Numbered from the stretch's first letter, positions 36,702 to 46,094 are shown. The stretch: 64,000 nucleotides of DNA from Candidatus Uhrbacteria bacterium (GCA_016844925.1 JAERTI010000043.1:2386-66385); one strand, 5' to 3'. The notes: generated by a model from the sequence alone, not told the origin. Numbers and translations are program-made.

Positions 36702-39156
36702 TTACTCGTCTTCCTCGTCCTCATCAATCCACTCATCGTCGATCTCGAGCTCTCCGTCTTCTTCTTCTTCTTCTTCTTCTTCTTCTTCTTCTTCGAGCTC
36801 GCCATCATCTTCCTCTTCCTCAATCTCTTCTTCCTCACCTTCTTCCCATTCACCTTCTTCCTCTTCATCAACTTCTGTTTCCTCTACGTCCTCTTCTTCA
36901 ATGTCCTCATCTTCTTCATCTGGCCACTGAGGTTCGTCGCCGTAGGCTTCATCGTAATCATCTTGGGCCGTTGGCATACCTTCCTTGATGTCTCCTCCCG
37001 GCGGCCAAGAGTCGATCAAGATTTCACGGGCCTTGGCACCGTTTCCTTCACCAATCACTCCAGCGTTTTCAAGTTCATCCATGATGCGGGCGGCGCGGGC
37101 GTAGCCGACGCGCAGGCGGCGCTGAAGGAAGCTGGTGGAAGCTTTGCCTGCCTGCAGAACGGTTTGGATCGCTTCTTCAAACAGGTCATCGTGATCGTCA
37201 TCATCAAAGACCGTTCCGGCCTTGGTGATTTCTGTGACAGCCATGTTGTAGTCCGGCGTGCCTTTCTTACGCAGGAACTTCACAATGTCCTCGATCTCTT
37301 CTGTTGAGACGTAGGCACCCTGGATACGTTTTGGTTTGGCGACCTCGGCGCTGGTAAAGAGCATGTCTCCGCGACCGAGGAGTTTCTCGGCTCCAGCCTG
37401 GTCCAAGATGGTGCGGGAGTCTGTCTGTGAGGCAACGGCACAAGCGATACGTCCAGGGACGTTAGCCTTAATGGTTCCGGTGATGACGTCTACAGATGGG
37501 CGCTGTGTGGCCAGGACCAAGTGGATTCCCACAGCACGGGCCATCTGAGCAATGCGGACAATCGTACCCTCGATTTCTCGGCCGGAGGTAGACATGAGGT
37601 CGGCGAGCTCATCGATAACGAGCACGATCTTTGGCATGCGCTCTTCCACCTTGCTGTTGTATTGATCAATGTTTCTGGCGCCAAACTTACTAAGAATATC
37701 CAGGCGGCGTTCCATTTCTCGGACGGTCCACTTGAGGGCGTTCACCGTATCGTCGACGGAGGTAATCGGTGGGACGAGTAGGTGAGGGATGCCGTTGTAG
37801 ACGGTGAGCTCCACGCGCTTAGGGTCTACCAGGATCAGTTTGAGATCATCTGGGCCGTTTTGATACAGCCAGGAGATGATCATGGTGTTGAGACAGACGG
37901 ACTTACCAGAACCCGTGGCACCCGCTACCAGCATGTGTGGCATGCGGTTAAGCTCGATGACCTCTGTGGCTCCTGAGACGTCTTTTCCAAGCGGAACGGA
38001 GAGTGGAGATTCTGAGGACTTGAACTTCTTGGTTTCCATGACGTCGCGCAGGGTCACCTTGGCCACCTTCGCGTTTGGCACCTCGATTCCCACAAGAGAC
38101 TTTCCTGGGATCGGTGCCTCCATGCGAAGTGGGTGGGCGGCAAGGGCTAGGGCCAGGTCGTTTTGTAGCGAGACGATGCGAGAGAGCTTCACTCCCTGGG
38201 CTGGGCGCATGGTGAACTGGGTGACCGTTGGTCCTACAGAGGTCTTGCCCATCTCCACGTGCATGCCGAACTCTTCGAACGTCTGCTCAATGATTTCTTT
38301 GTTGCGCTCGATATCTCCAGCCGTGGCCTTAGAGCCCCCACGCTCGAGAAGTTTCATTGGAATCTTAATGGTGCGGCGCTGTGAGGAGACAAGAGCGGTT
38401 TCTTCTCGCTTGGCTGTTGGAACGGGTTTGGTGTTGAACTCGTGCGCGTCTTCCTCGTCCTCTTCTTCGATGTCGTCCTCTTCCAGTTCCTCGTCCTCTT
38501 CTTCAATTTCTTCTTCTTCACCTTCGGCAACTTCATCCTCATCTTCCCACTCTTCCTCCTCATTCTCTTCTTCGTCCTCATCATGGATGCTGTCGCGGTG
38601 AAGCATGGCGCCGAACCAGCCGGTGAGGTGGGTGTGGGCGCTAGCGATGGAACGTAGGGAGGTATTGAACGTCAGCAGGACCGAGATGAGGAGCAGGGCA
38701 CTGGTTGAAACGACGGCTCCCCAGTAACCAACGAAGGCTGGGAGCAATGTGCCGAGGAATTGGCCCAGGTATCCGCCAGCCAGGGTGAGGTCTGTGGTGA
38801 AGGGCTCGGGGCGAGCAACAAGGAACAGGTTCATCAGGGCGTTGAACGAGAGAAAGAAAAACAGCAGCCCGATATAATTCCATACCGAGAGGCTGCCGCG
38901 TTCAGGATACGCTGCTGAGGCACCGATGATGATGATCACCAGTGGAACCAAGAAGCGGTCTAGACCAAAAAAGAGGCTGAGACCGTGGTTGATGGCCGTG
39001 CCGAGGCTGCCGGCGACCTGAAAGAAACTAAGAAAAATCAGGGCGGCGATGGCGAACAAAAAGATGACCGCAATACCCCGTTTTGTTTCTGGATTGAGCT
39101 CGAGACCTAAGAATGCCTCCTCCTCATGCGCGCGTTTGCGCGAACGCTTTTTTTTT
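36702..39156 (-). CDS. ftsK: DNA translocase FtsK with acidic poly-Glu linker and C-terminal tail
   Basis: N-terminal TM domain, Walker A GATGSGKS, and a C-terminal gamma-domain winged helix. Start trimmed to MARKKKRSR from the track ORF. Confidence 0.85.
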
Positions 39157-39235
39157 CGTGCCATAGATGGCGCTATTTTAGCATATTGCGGTGAAATTTC
39201 GCCGGAAGCGTCAAGGGACGAGGTTTCGTCAGTAT

Positions 39236-39266
39236 TGATTGACAAAATCGCCATTTCCTGGTATCT
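39236..39266 (+). promoter_or_regulatory. sigma70-like promoter (TTGACA-17 nt-TATCTT) pointing toward array 2
   Basis: Direct read. Divergent from ftsK. Confidence 0.4.
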
Positions 39267-39299
39267 TCTGTCGTTCTTCAAAAGCCAAAAACCTGAGGT

Positions 39300-39365
39300 T
39301 TTGTGCACACTGGAGAGAGTCACAAAACCAAGAAAAAAGCCTGTGTTTGTAGGGAAATACCCTCT
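39300..39365 (+). terminator. hairpin plus T-tract (agcctgtgtttg...caaacacaggctcttttgttt)
   Basis: Direct read. Confidence 0.45.
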
Positions 39366-39395
39366 TCTCTCCAAACACAGGCTCTTTTGTTTGAG

Positions 39396-39459
39396 AAGGT
39401 TCCCCTTTGGTCCACCAATAAATGCCTGTATCCTGCAGCGTTGTTGGCTCAAAGGGGAA
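39396..39459. repeat. 12-bp inverted repeat (GGTTCCCCTTTG ... CAAAGGGGAAC) at the junction between core and array 2
   Basis: Direct read. Candidate attachment or boundary structure. Confidence 0.45.
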
Positions 39460-39469
39460 CTTCCTCCCA

Positions 39470-39916
39470 ATGACTCTAGCAAGAGGCGCGATGAAGCGTG
39501 ATGAGTTGCGGCACATGCCGCGGAAGACCACCGATAAGATCGGTGAGCAGGTAGGACGGGAGATCAACGAACGCATGGAAACCGGACGGTTTCGTGGGTG
39601 GCTGATGCGGCGACACTGGGTGTGGCTGTGGGTCATCATCGCGGGCAGCTGGGGACTGGACTTCGTGATCAACCACGCGCTGATGGCAGCCAACCTGGCG
39701 GCCGGACTCGGGCACTGGATCGACTGCATCCTGGGCCCCATCGATGCCGCCCTGGTCGCCGCCGCGCCGCTGGCGTCGGTGCGTGAGCTCTGGCGTCGTG
39801 TCTGGGTTCTGTACGACCGGTGGCGCCTGAGCCCCACCTCGGTGCCTGTGCCCAAGGCAGAGGTCCCCGAAGGTGCGTCAGTTCACGAGGAGGCCACGGA
39901 CGAGTCCGTCGCCTAA
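39470..39916 (+). CDS. small membrane protein (first ORF of array 2)
   Basis: GC-rich, 2-3 TM helices. Start uncertain. Confidence 0.35.
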   Translation: MTLARGAMKRDELRHMPRKTTDKIGEQVGREINERMETGRFRGWLMRRHWVWLWVIIAGSWGLDFVINHALMAANLAAGLGHWIDCILGPIDAALVAAAPLASVRELWRRVWVLYDRWRLSPTSVPVPKAEVPEGASVHEEATDESVA

Positions 39917-39919
39917 GCA

Positions 39920-40070
39920 CAACGGCCCGAGCGGCCTGCGAGTCTCGCAGCGCTAGCTCGGGACTCCATAGAAAACTCTGTGAGGTGCACTCTCCAGCAT
40001 CGCACGGGGATTTCTACGGAGTTTCGACTTCGGACAACAGCAAATCCCACAATGCTGGGTAAAGGATTGG
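39920..40070 (+). repeat. cassette-boundary element, array 2 orientation (CTCGGGACTCCAT...)
   Basis: gagtctcgcagcgctagctcgggactccatagaaaactctgtgaggtgcactctccagcatcgcacgggg. Confidence 0.7.
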
Positions 40071-40073
40071 TCA

Positions 40074-40544
40074 GTGACCAGTCATTCGTTGGAAAGAGCA
40101 ATTCGTTTGGGTCCTGAGACCCTTCGTAAGTATCGGGACACGAATCCCGACGATTGTGCTCTCTGGGGAGCGGACTTTAGCGGGTTGAATTTGGCAGGTG
40201 TTGATCTGTCGGGTATCTCCTGCTGGAACGTGAACTTCTCAGGTGCCAACCTTGCAGGGGCGAACCTCTCTCATGGCTCCTTCTGGAACTCGAACTTCTC
40301 GGGAGCAGACCTCGCGGGAGCGAACCTGTCCAACATGTCGTGTAACAGAGCGTGCTTTTTCGAGGCAAACCTCGCGGGAGCGAACTTCTCTTATACCTCC
40401 TGTTGGGATATGTGCTTTTTCGAGGCCAACCTCGCAGGAGCGAACTTCTCCCACAGTTCCTTCTGGGATCCGAACTTCTCAGGGGCCAACCTCGCAGGGG
40501 CGAGCCTTGGCGGGATGTGGCGTATTGACACGCGTGGAGATTAG
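40074..40544 (+). CDS. pentapeptide-repeat protein
   Basis: GTG start. NFSGANLAGANLS repeats. Confidence 0.65.
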   Translation: MTSHSLERAIRLGPETLRKYRDTNPDDCALWGADFSGLNLAGVDLSGISCWNVNFSGANLAGANLSHGSFWNSNFSGADLAGANLSNMSCNRACFFEANLAGANFSYTSCWDMCFFEANLAGANFSHSSFWDPNFSGANLAGASLGGMWRIDTRGD

Positions 40545-40549
40545 TTCAC

Positions 40550-40790
40550 CCAGAGGTTCGCAGCCTTGAGTTAAGGGTCGCGAGCAAAGACTAAGAGTGG
40601 GTTGAGAGGCAACTCCGAAGAAAACAAACGACGCAAACCCGAGCTTTGCGGCCGGGATCCACCCAGGGTCTCGCAGCACTAGCTCGGGACTCCATAGAAA
40701 ATTCTGTGAGATGCACTCTCCAGCATCGCACGGGGGTTTCTACGGAGTTCTGAACTCTGACAACCAAACCCCAACCACAGGAAGGTGCGA
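40550..40790 (+). repeat. cassette-boundary element (near-duplicate of the element at 39920-40070)
   Basis: ggtctcgcagcactagctcgggactccatagaaaattctgtgagatgcactctccagcatcgcacggggg. Confidence 0.7.
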
Positions 40791-41777
40791 GTGTTCGCAT
40801 GCTACGCCGAGGATCTGGGCCTGACCGGGCTCGTGGACCTCTGGGAGTACCGCTATCTGGCGCAGGAGGAGTCGCCGGAGAAGCTGGAGATGATGTGGGA
40901 CGAGGATCAGCTTCACCGCGAAGCGCTGGGTCTGTGCAACAAGTACAGCCTGGACGAGGAGTGGTCGGAGTCCGACCTGGTGCAGATGGTCTACAACCCG
41001 TCCTGGTACACCTCGTCCTTCGGGGAGTACTGGAGCGAGTGCTCTGACAGTGCGCGCGACCGCTTCTGCCTGATGATGCGCGAGGCGGCCCTGATCGCCC
41101 TGCAGATGCGCAAGGGGATCTACATGGATCCCGTGGACATCGAGCTGAGCGACTGGGACCACGACCTGGAGTACTACTGCGCGAGCAAGGCTGCCGCCAT
41201 GGTGCGCCGGGCTCAGCGGCACTTCACCAAGATCCAGGACCCTGGCAATCGCGAGTCGCGCCGGGCGAGTCGTCTGCACACCGAGGCGGCGCGTGGTCCC
41301 CAGTGGGCCAAGCACAAGCCGGGCTTCAACCCCGTCGAGCACTGCCGTGCTGGCCAGCTCGAGACCGAGCTGTGGACCGAGCAGAACCTGCAGGACGATG
41401 CTCAGGAGCTGATGGCTCGTGACGAGGAAGATGTCGAGTGTGAGCGCTGCGAGCGCGAGTACCGCGAGGAGCTGCGCGAGTTCGAATGGGAGCTGGAGAT
41501 GCTCTTGTACGAGAGCTACTACTGCGACGACCCTTGTTCGTGCTTGTACTGCATGGAGGATCAGGAACTGGACTGGGAGCAGGACGACTGCTGGGATGAT
41601 GAGCCTGGTGACTACGGTCTTCTGGACGTGACCTTCATCGGTCTGAACTCCAGCGGTGGACGTCGCCGGAAGATGGCGCGCGGTCCCCAGTGGGCCAAGC
41701 ACATCCCGGGCTTCAACCCCCGCAAGCCCGAGCGCCACAAGTTCGACATTCGCAAGGTAGCAACCTTCGCCGCCTGA
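40785..41777 (+). CDS. acidic Trp/Tyr-rich protein, family C (ARGPQWAKHxPGFNP motif occurs twice)
   Basis: C-terminus RGPQWAKHIPGFNPRKPERHKFDIRKVATFAA is homologous to the C-terminus of 20801..22381. Confidence 0.5.
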   Translation: MRVFACYAEDLGLTGLVDLWEYRYLAQEESPEKLEMMWDEDQLHREALGLCNKYSLDEEWSESDLVQMVYNPSWYTSSFGEYWSECSDSARDRFCLMMREAALIALQMRKGIYMDPVDIELSDWDHDLEYYCASKAAAMVRRAQRHFTKIQDPGNRESRRASRLHTEAARGPQWAKHKPGFNPVEHCRAGQLETELWTEQNLQDDAQELMARDEEDVECERCEREYREELREFEWELEMLLYESYYCDDPCSCLYCMEDQELDWEQDDCWDDEPGDYGLLDVTFIGLNSSGGRRRKMARGPQWAKHIPGFNPRKPERHKFDIRKVATFAA

Positions 41778-41779
41778 AC

Positions 41780-41910
41780 ACGGGCACATCGCCCAACGAC
41801 CCGAGTGTGAGCTCGAGATTCGCTGACAAGCCGTCAGTACGGAGTCTCGCGCTTAACACTCGGGACTCCACACGACGATTCGTTAACAGAACGAGTGGTC
41901 ATGAGGAGGA
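41780..41910 (+). repeat. cassette-boundary element
   Basis: gtctcgcgcttaacactcgggactccacacgacg. Confidence 0.6.
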
Positions 41911-41920
41911 AGGAGAAGAG

Positions 41921-42271
41921 ATGCTCTTGCTGTTTTTGATCCTGTCGGCTCCGGTGCCGGGGGTCGTGGCTGCTCAGGTAGTCACCATTCCCGACGAGCC
42001 CGGACCGGTCAGGCCCGTTCCCGACGAGCCCAAGCGTCTGGATCCGCCCATCGCAGCGGTTCCGCCTGAGGAACTGGTCTTCGAGCTGGGTCGTCGAGAG
42101 GTGCTGATTCGCGAGGAGGAGTTCATCATGCCGGTGCCCCCCAAGGGTTCCCGCGTCGAGAAGGCCGCCAACGCGAGGATGTACAAGGACTGGCGCAAGC
42201 CCGCGGGAGTTCCGCAGGCGCACCGCCGACCCCACCACAAGACCAGGCGCACCCGCGTCCGGTTTCACTAG
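41921..42271 (+). CDS. secreted proline-rich protein (signal peptide)
   Basis: GGAGGAAGGAGAAGAG RBS. N-terminus MLLLFLILSAPVPGVVAAQ. Confidence 0.4.
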   Translation: MLLLFLILSAPVPGVVAAQVVTIPDEPGPVRPVPDEPKRLDPPIAAVPPEELVFELGRREVLIREEEFIMPVPPKGSRVEKAANARMYKDWRKPAGVPQAHRRPHHKTRRTRVRFH

Positions 42272-42294
42272 CGCAACGCGCATACTGGAGGAAG

Positions 42295-42519
42295 ATGTCA
42301 GGACTCAAGCCGGCATTCGGATCCACGAAAGGAAAAGGAAAGCGCTCGCGCGTGCTCAGGCAGAAGCGGCGTGCTGAGATCCCGTTCGACAGAGCGGCGG
42401 ATCGGGCGCTGCGGGCAAATGCCGCGGCACGCGTGGAGGACACGATCGACCCGGAGATCATCGAGCGGTACGGGGGCAGGGCTCCCAGGGTGACCGCCTG
42501 GCGACGGGAAGACGAGTAG
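42295..42519 (+). CDS. small basic protein
   Basis: GGAGGAAG RBS. In the same cassette as 41921..42271. Confidence 0.35.
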   Translation: MSGLKPAFGSTKGKGKRSRVLRQKRRAEIPFDRAADRALRANAAARVEDTIDPEIIERYGGRAPRVTAWRREDE

Positions 42520-42524
42520 AAGGC

Positions 42525-42680
42525 TGGCTGAGGCTAGTCAACGAATACGACCCGAGCGGTCGGTTGCGAGTCTCGCAGCTGCACGCTCGGGACTCCAATG
42601 GAGACGGGCCAAGGGGGCTCGTTTGCTAGGGGTGCCGCAAGGCATTTCCGAAACCCACCATTCAACCTGTAGGAAGGTTT
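42525..42680 (+). repeat. cassette-boundary element
   Basis: gcgagtctcgcagctgcacgctcgggactccaatggag. Confidence 0.65.
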
Positions 42681-42682
42681 GA

Positions 42683-43231
42683 GTGCTGATCAACGCAATC
42701 ATGAACGGCGAAGAGACCCTGTTGGGTCTGGTGAATCAGGACACGCTGGCGTGCGCGGGTGGCGAGTGCGCCGTGGACTACGACACCGAGGGCGAGGACA
42801 TGCCCTTCATCGCCTACGTGGCCAAGCAGATCCTCGACGCCGAGTACTTCGAGGAGTACCCGATCTGTCAGTTGGTGGACATCTACCGCCGACCGATCGA
42901 GCACCTGGACACGTACCTCGAGTGGATCGAGGTGGCCATCACCGACAAGACTGCGTGCCTGATCCTGCGTGCCGCCGCCCTGATGGCCCTCAAGGCCCAG
43001 GCGGAGGATGAGATGGACCGGGAGTACACCCGCACCGAGCCCACGCCCGAGGACTACGGCATCAAGCCGATCCGCAGCGGCATGGGTCCCCGGTATCGCG
43101 GTGTCCCGGACTACATCAAGGACTACGATCCGGAGGACCGCCTCATCATCGACGAGGACGGCAACGAGTTCCGGCTGGCCATGATCAGCTGGAAGGACCT
43201 GGGTCGGTACACGCGGCAGTACGCCGCCTGA
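42683..43231 (+). CDS. hypothetical acidic protein, family C-related (GMGPRYRGVPDYIKDYDP)
   Basis: ORF track. Motif similar to the family C C-terminal motif. Confidence 0.45.
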   Translation: MLINAIMNGEETLLGLVNQDTLACAGGECAVDYDTEGEDMPFIAYVAKQILDAEYFEEYPICQLVDIYRRPIEHLDTYLEWIEVAITDKTACLILRAAALMALKAQAEDEMDREYTRTEPTPEDYGIKPIRSGMGPRYRGVPDYIKDYDPEDRLIIDEDGNEFRLAMISWKDLGRYTRQYAA

Positions 43232-43234
43232 ACA

Positions 43235-43390
43235 ACGGGGGCGCTCCCCACGCCGGGGAGCGCCCGCCCGAGCGAGTCCCACGACTTGCTCGGGACTCCA
43301 TCTTGCTTCTCGATTTGATCGAGCGGCGGGATGGAGCACAGTGGTAGAGCTCCTTGGGCTGGCATGGTGCCGGTCTGGTGTCGAGGTAAT
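43235..43390 (+). repeat. cassette-boundary element (GGGGCGCTCCCC-acgc-CGGGGAGCGCCC 3' hairpin, then CTCGGGACTCCATC...GGATGGAG)
   Basis: Direct read. Confidence 0.7.
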
Positions 43391-43394
43391 CGAC

Positions 43395-43634
43395 ATGACC
43401 AAGTCTGATTTGAAGGATGTGCTGGAAAATCTGTTTTGCCTGGTGGCTGCTGCCATCATGCTGGGTTGTTGGGCGACACTCTCGCTTGATGATGCTGTGT
43501 GGGGATTGGCCATTGGGGCAGCGACCTTTCCTTTCTTCATCGTGCTTGTGCGTTTCCTGAGCGCAGACAGCTCCAAGGCGGATCCTGGAACCGGCGCTGA
43601 AGGAGTTCCGCAGGTGGAAAAGCCTTCGGTCTGA
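43395..43634 (+). CDS. small membrane protein
   Basis: Start MTKSDLKD. 2 TM helices. Confidence 0.35.
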   Translation: MTKSDLKDVLENLFCLVAAAIMLGCWATLSLDDAVWGLAIGAATFPFFIVLVRFLSADSSKADPGTGAEGVPQVEKPSV

Positions 43635-43639
43635 AAAAA

Positions 43640-43815
43640 AGAAACGCCCGAGCCGTAGCGCTCAGGACTCATCGAGCCAAGCTCGAGACGGAAGTCCTTC
43701 GCAGCAGCTACGCACGCGCTCGGGACTCCATCGTTTGGCTCGACACGATCGAGACAAACGATGGAGCACAGTGGTAAAGCTCCTTGGACCGGGATTCCCT
43801 CGGTCTGGCTATAGG
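43640..43815 (+). repeat. cassette-boundary element
   Basis: cgctcgggactccatcgtttggctcgacacgatcgagacaaacgatggagcacagtggtaaagctcc. Confidence 0.7.
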
Positions 43816-43826
43816 TGGTCATTCAA

Positions 43827-44081
43827 ATGACCCATGACAACCCTCTGAACAATGTCCCGCAGCGGATCACTGAGATCAGCAAGATGCCTCCGGGCTTCAA
43901 GCGTGATGAAGCCATCGATTCGCTTCGCATCTTCCTCGCACAGACCGTCTCGGTCGCGAGGCTCTGCCTGGCAGAGCTCGACGCAGCACTGCTGCCTCAG
44001 AGTGATCGTCCCGAACGGATGGTCGTGCCGGCACTGTCTGAGTTCTGCAGGACCTCCGAGTGGATTCGGGATCCCAAGTGA
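43827..44081 (+). CDS. hypothetical small protein (first gene of a coupled pair)
   Basis: Stop overlaps the next start in a GTGA arrangement. Confidence 0.35.
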   Translation: MTHDNPLNNVPQRITEISKMPPGFKRDEAIDSLRIFLAQTVSVARLCLAELDAALLPQSDRPERMVVPALSEFCRTSEWIRDPK

Positions 44082-44491
44082 GCACATTCGTTTTCGTGGT
44101 CTTTGTCTCGTCTGAGCGAGTGAAGGCGACGGTTGTGCGGGTGACTGCCGCTGAACCAAAGGACGATGTGCGGCTTCGTGGTCGTGCCGTCGAGGTTCTG
44201 GTGGACGACACTTGGCATGAGATCGGGGTGGATGACGAGGAGGGAGGCATGTTGGGCACACAGCTCATCCGAGCCTTTTCCTCCAGTGGCCGAGCAGGTC
44301 ACTTCATCTTCAATCACCTTGGGCTGGACACCTACACCACACGCGATGGGACAATTTACCGTTGCGGTGGAAGGCACATGCCCAAGATCACTGATCTGAC
44401 GCTCGGTCTCCTCAAGGCGGCGGAGCGGATCAAGTGGCAAGAGCAGCAGGCTGCGCGAAAGCGGCAGCAAGAAGACGACCCGAGCGAGTAG
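44078..44491 (+). CDS. hypothetical protein (second gene of the coupled pair)
   Basis: GTG start overlapping the TGA of the upstream gene. Confidence 0.4.
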   Translation: MSTFVFVVFVSSERVKATVVRVTAAEPKDDVRLRGRAVEVLVDDTWHEIGVDDEEGGMLGTQLIRAFSSSGRAGHFIFNHLGLDTYTTRDGTIYRCGGRHMPKITDLTLGLLKAAERIKWQEQQAARKRQQEDDPSE

Positions 44492-44645
44492 CGCTCACGT
44501 CTCCACACTGGAGGCCTTAGAAGCAGCTACGCACGCGCTCGGGACTCCATCTGACGTTTCGATACGGTCGAGACATCAGATGGAGCACAGTGGTAAAGCT
44601 CCACAAACGGCCTCAGGACGCGGGTTCCGTATTCCTGTGAAGGTC
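44485..44645 (+). repeat. cassette-boundary element
   Basis: cgctcgggactccatctgacgtttcgatacggtcgagacatcagatggagcacagtggtaaagctcc. Confidence 0.7.
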
Positions 44646-44647
44646 TG

Positions 44648-44890
44648 ATGTTCGAGTATCTCATGGCAGGGCCATGGTTTGGTGAGCACAGAATCGATCC
44701 CATGTGGATCAGGCAGCAGATCGTTCGAACGCTCTTGCTTCCCAAGGGCGATCTTCGTCAGTGGAGCCTCGGAGAGATCCGCAAGGAACTGACGGCTGCG
44801 CGTGATGATTGCGACAGGCTCCTGCAAGAGCTTGAAGAAGCTATCGCGGCAGATACCGAGAAGTCTGCGGCTACAGGTGACTCGGCATGA
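44648..44890 (+). CDS. hypothetical small protein (coupled via an ATGA overlap to 44887..45102)
   Basis: ORF track. Stop/start overlap with the next gene. Confidence 0.35.
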   Translation: MFEYLMAGPWFGEHRIDPMWIRQQIVRTLLLPKGDLRQWSLGEIRKELTAARDDCDRLLQELEEAIAADTEKSAATGDSA

Positions 44891-45102
44891 GCGGTGACAA
44901 GCCCACGCTGCCCGCCCCCAAGCTCAACCTCGGGGACCTGATCAACATGTTCTACGAGGAGTACCTGGCGCTCTACCAGGATGAAGACGTTGCCTCCGTG
45001 GCTGCCGCCGCGACGATCAACAACATCCTGCGCGACGCCGACGAGAGGGATCTGCAGATCGAACGGTCTCCAGCGCCCAAAAAAGAAACGCCCGAGCCGT
45101 AA
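44887..45102 (+). CDS. small protein, family D (ASVAAAATINNIL motif)
   Basis: Paralog of 45286..45507 and 45603..45839. Confidence 0.4.
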   Translation: MSGDKPTLPAPKLNLGDLINMFYEEYLALYQDEDVASVAAAATINNILRDADERDLQIERSPAPKKETPEP

Positions 45103-45285
45103 CGCTCAGGACTCATCGAGCCAAGCTCGACACGGAAGTCCTTCGCAGCAGCTACGTACGCGCTCGGGACTCCATCCCGCGTTTCGACGAGTTCGAGATG
45201 TGAGATGGGGAAACCCAACCTGGTCTCTAGGCCTCTGACCTAGATAAAAACGGGAATCCTCCCGTTTGAACAGACTACGAGCAAC
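45085..45285 (+). repeat. cassette-boundary element plus an AAACGGGAATCCTCCCGTTT hairpin about 20 nt before the next start
   Basis: Direct read. The same pre-start hairpin occurs at 48395-48420. Confidence 0.65.
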
Positions 45286-45507
45286 ATGACTGATTCAAAA
45301 CAGTCGACCGATTCAAGTGGAACTGGTCTGGGGGTTCTTATCACTATGTTCTTTAACGAGTTCATGGAGATGTACGGAGACGAAGAGCTCGCCAGCGTTG
45401 CCACTGCCGCTGTGATCAACGACCTTCTTGTGGATGCTCGGGAGGAAGAAGAGCAGCACGCAAAGAACACGCACGGCAAAGATGTGAAGGGCACAAAGCA
45501 GAACTAG
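45286..45507 (+). CDS. small protein, family D
   Basis: LITMFFNEFMEMYGDEELASVATAAVINDLL. Confidence 0.4.
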   Translation: MTDSKQSTDSSGTGLGVLITMFFNEFMEMYGDEELASVATAAVINDLLVDAREEEEQHAKNTHGKDVKGTKQN

Positions 45508-45509
45508 CA

Positions 45510-45600
45510 TTCTGATCCTTCGCTCGACAAAGTCGCACTGTACGAGTGCGGCCTCCATCCGACATCTTGAGTAAAGTATTCGAGGTGTGAGATGGAGGAA
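45510..45600 (+). repeat. hairpin element CCTCCATCCGACATC...GTGTGAGATGGAGG
   Basis: Direct read. Confidence 0.55.
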
Positions 45601-45602
45601 GT

Positions 45603-45839
45603 GTGAAGCAAGGTAAAGGCGAGAGCCTCGAGCCTCTGATCACGCTGTGGTACGACACGTACTTTGCGTTGTTCGGAGAGGGAAGCGAGGAGTTGGCGTC
45701 GGTGGCTGCTGCGGCAACCATCAACAACATCCTTGCGGACAGAGAAAAGCAGAAAAAGGTCGAGGATGCTCTGCGGCTCGTAAGGGAACACGCCGAGCCG
45801 TCGACCAGCGACGACGAGAGGGGTTCGGGGCACAACTAG
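45603..45839 (+). CDS. small protein, family D
   Basis: LITLWYDTYFALFGEGSEELASVAAAATINNIL. Confidence 0.4.
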   Translation: MKQGKGESLEPLITLWYDTYFALFGEGSEELASVAAAATINNILADREKQKKVEDALRLVREHAEPSTSDDERGSGHN

Positions 45840-45891
45840 TGCCTCGGGCCTCGCCTAGCAACAACGCCCCAACATCAAAAGGAGGTGTCTC

Positions 45892-46092
45892 ATGGGCAAG
45901 AAGAAGGGGAAGCGCAGCCAGCCGGTTGTGCCCAAGAAGAAGGACGATGGCACGATTGTCATCAAGCGGGAGGATCTCCCGAAGGAGCGGGGGGCTCCCA
46001 TCCCCCGTGGGCAGCGGTTTCACACCCGCAACCGTGACATCCGTCGCGGATCCCGGCGTCACCCTAAGCACAAGGGCCGGCGCGAAGATTAA
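45892..46092 (+). CDS. very basic small protein
   Basis: AAAGGAGGTG RBS. K/R-rich. Confidence 0.35.
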   Translation: MGKKKGKRSQPVVPKKKDDGTIVIKREDLPKERGAPIPRGQRFHTRNRDIRRGSRRHPKHKGRRED

Positions 46093-46094
46093 CC

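Noticed and set aside
39229-39855. Minus-strand ORF 39229..39855 as a gene divergent from array 2
   Set aside because: It is antisense to the GC-rich ORF 39470..39916 and runs across the promoter and terminator structures. It has no RBS and is likely spurious.
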